A stretch of 47,049 nucleotides of DNA. Origin: a virus. The notes below the pieces were generated by a model. The model ran no database searches. It was not told the origin of the DNA and saw only the letters and a program-made list of their open reading frames with translations. The stretch lies in IMG/VR virus record IMGVR_UViG_3300048134_000195, positions 1-47,049 of that record. The stretch is one strand, 5' to 3'. The position numbers were made by a program, and so were the translations under genes. Numbering within the stretch: the first letter of the stretch is position 1; the number at the start of each line of letters is the position of its first letter. Below, in pieces: positions 45,986 to 47,049 of this stretch.

Positions 45986-47049
45986 CCACACTCCTCTCGA
46001 CTGGCTCGTCCCGTCCGATGAGTGGGACCGGTTCTGCCGCTTCGTCGAGGGAGAGGACGGGAGTCTCGACGGCTATCTCGGCGATGCAGCGGAACAGGCG
46101 ATGGCCGAGTACGCTCATGTCGACGAGTACGCCGGCATCGAGGAGCGGGTCGACAAGCTCGTCACGGCTGCCGGTCGCCGTCCCGAGGACGGTTTCAAAG
46201 AAAAAAATTCGGGGTTGCTGGAGGACTGGGCAGACGCGGACAAGACTCGCGTCACCGTCAAAGTCGAGCGTGAAGTGAAGGCGAAGTTCCGCGAAGTCGC
46301 GAGTGACAGCGACCACGCGTTCGGCGTGGAATTCGCGCGCGCCATTCGCACGTACCGCGACGGCGGTCGTCGCGACCGTGTCGAACGGAAGCTCGACCGC
46401 ATCCTTGACGACGCCGAACGCCTCCTCAGCGACCTGCAGCCCGACGACGAGGAGACCGAGGGTTCCTCAGAGTCGCTGTCGTTGGCGGAGCGGAAGACCA
46501 TCGCCGTCTGCGACGAGCTCGGCGAGCAGTTCACCGATGACGAACTGGTCGACGCCATCGAGCGTGTCGCCGAGGTCTCCAGCGAACCCTCGATCGAGAA
46601 GTACCGCGGGCTGGTCGTTGACCGACTCGGGATGGAGCGTCACCCAGGCGAACCGCATCTGTGGGTTCCCCATGATGTCGTGGACCAGCTCGCACCTGGC
46701 CAGCCTCGCGTAATCCGGCAGTCAGTCGAACGCCTCGATCGCGAGGAACGCGTTCGCCGCGTTCAACTGGCAGTCGGTCGTGCTGCCGCTGAACGCGACT
46801 CTGACATCGTCCGCGTGCAGACACCCGTAATTCAGGAAGAAGTCCTCGGCGGCGAAGTCACGCGGTCGAGCACGTTGAGTCTGATGCGCGCGGCGCAGTT
46901 GTCCGCGGGCATCGAGGTTGATGACGACTCCTCGCCCGCAGCGCTTGTCGTTGACGTCCAGATGATCGAAGAGGTGGATTCCGAATTGGCAGCGACGATA
47001 CTCAGGTACCACGATAAGGCCGAGGAGGGCTTGCTCGGGTCGCCGACGT
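45978..47049 (+). CDS. 5' part of the junction-spanning gene (409 aa in total on the circular map: 45978..46922 then 1..285)
   Basis: Manual codon-by-codon reading shows ATG 45978 and no stop up to the window end. The frame continues at position 1. It is absent from the ORF track because it has no stop in the window. Contains an RHH-like KTRVTVKVEREVKAKFREV segment. Confidence 0.75.
   Translation, partial: MYDHTPLDWLVPSDEWDRFCRFVEGEDGSLDGYLGDAAEQAMAEYAHVDEYAGIEERVDKLVTAAGRRPEDGFKEKNSGLLEDWADADKTRVTVKVEREVKAKFREVASDSDHAFGVEFARAIRTYRDGGRRDRVERKLDRILDDAERLLSDLQPDDEETEGSSESLSLAERKTIAVCDELGEQFTDDELVDAIERVAEVSSEPSIEKYRGLVVDRLGMERHPGEPHLWVPHDVVDQLAPGQPRVIRQSVERLDREERVRRVQLAVGRAAAERDSDIVRVQTPVIQEEVLGGEVTRSSTLSLMRAAQLSAGIEVDDDSSPAALVVDVQMIEEVDSELAATILRYHDKAEEGLLGSPT
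46193..46210. repeat. 18-bp AT-rich inverted repeat, right arm (tttcaaagaaaaaaattc), inside the junction-spanning gene
   Basis: Perfect reverse complement of 45734..45751. Encodes ..GFKEKNSG... Confidence 0.95.
46923..47049. repeat. Terminal direct repeat copy 2 (127 bp, identical to 1..127)
   Basis: Same comparison. The preceding bases ..gaggttgat have no counterpart because the window starts at the repeat. Confidence 0.97.

Larger units (their letters stand above)
1..46922. mobile_element. One full unit of a circularly closed tailed-virus / plasmid-prophage genome (46,922 bp)
   Basis: 1..127 equals 46923..47049 exactly. One unit holds a complete packaging-head-tail-baseplate module plus integrases, ParA and Orc1/Cdc6. 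Confidence 0.8.

Noticed and set aside
45734-46210. A MITE or other small transposable element bounded by the 18-bp inverted repeats.
   Set aside because: There is no target-site duplication (flanks ..ctccga / ggggtt..). The right arm and about 230 nt of the segment are in-frame coding sequence of an intact gene. No transposase is present in the genome.
46722-47012. 96-aa minus-strand ORF at the right end of the window.
   Set aside because: It is entirely antisense to the junction-spanning plus-strand gene. It has a basic, Arg-rich composition and no promoter-like gap.

Overview
The window is one complete, circularly closed genome. Unit length is 46,922 bp, and positions 1-127 recur exactly at 46923-47049. 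It encodes a tailed virus with a contractile-tail gene set. The host is almost certainly a halophilic archaeon: about 65% G+C by spot counts, strongly acidic proteins, an Orc1/Cdc6 initiator, a Tat/lipobox signal peptide and TATA-box-type promoters.

Plus-strand layout, in order:
- A long run of tightly overlapping small early genes rich in zinc-ribbon and wHTH proteins (38133 -> window end -> 1 -> 6299). One 409-aa gene is split by the artificial junction and is missing from the ORF track.
- A ~300-bp non-coding palindrome cluster (6300-6607).
- Three translationally coupled membrane-protein genes.
- HNH, terS, terL, portal, head morphogenesis, scaffold, decoration and major capsid genes, then connector genes.
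- Sheath, tube, a chaperone with a -1 frame extension, and tape measure.
- Baseplate genes (hub-like, V, W/gp25, J, I-like) and a tail fibre.
- A low-G+C cassette encoding a Tat lipoprotein and a beta-helix protein.

A minus-strand accessory/lysogeny island (31336-37945) carries:
- two tyrosine recombinases, one with a hydrophobic C-terminal tail;
- wHTH regulators;
- ParA plus an RHH-tailed partner;
- a PD-(D/E)xK-like nuclease fused to a paralogous RHH-like tail;
- a J-domain protein;
- a repressor-like wHTH/coiled-coil protein.

I found no rRNA, complete tRNA, CRISPR array or transposase.

Best candidates for something new:
- the promoter-equipped lipoprotein + beta-helix host-range cassette;
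- the repressor / J-domain / nuclease-RHH operon next to the par locus;
- the structured region at 45734-46210 (18-bp AT-rich perfect inverted repeats, a 28-bp perfect palindrome and a nested hairpin);
- the palindrome cluster at 6300-6607;
- the membrane-protein trio upstream of the packaging genes.

All functional calls come from motifs read by eye. No database search was possible.
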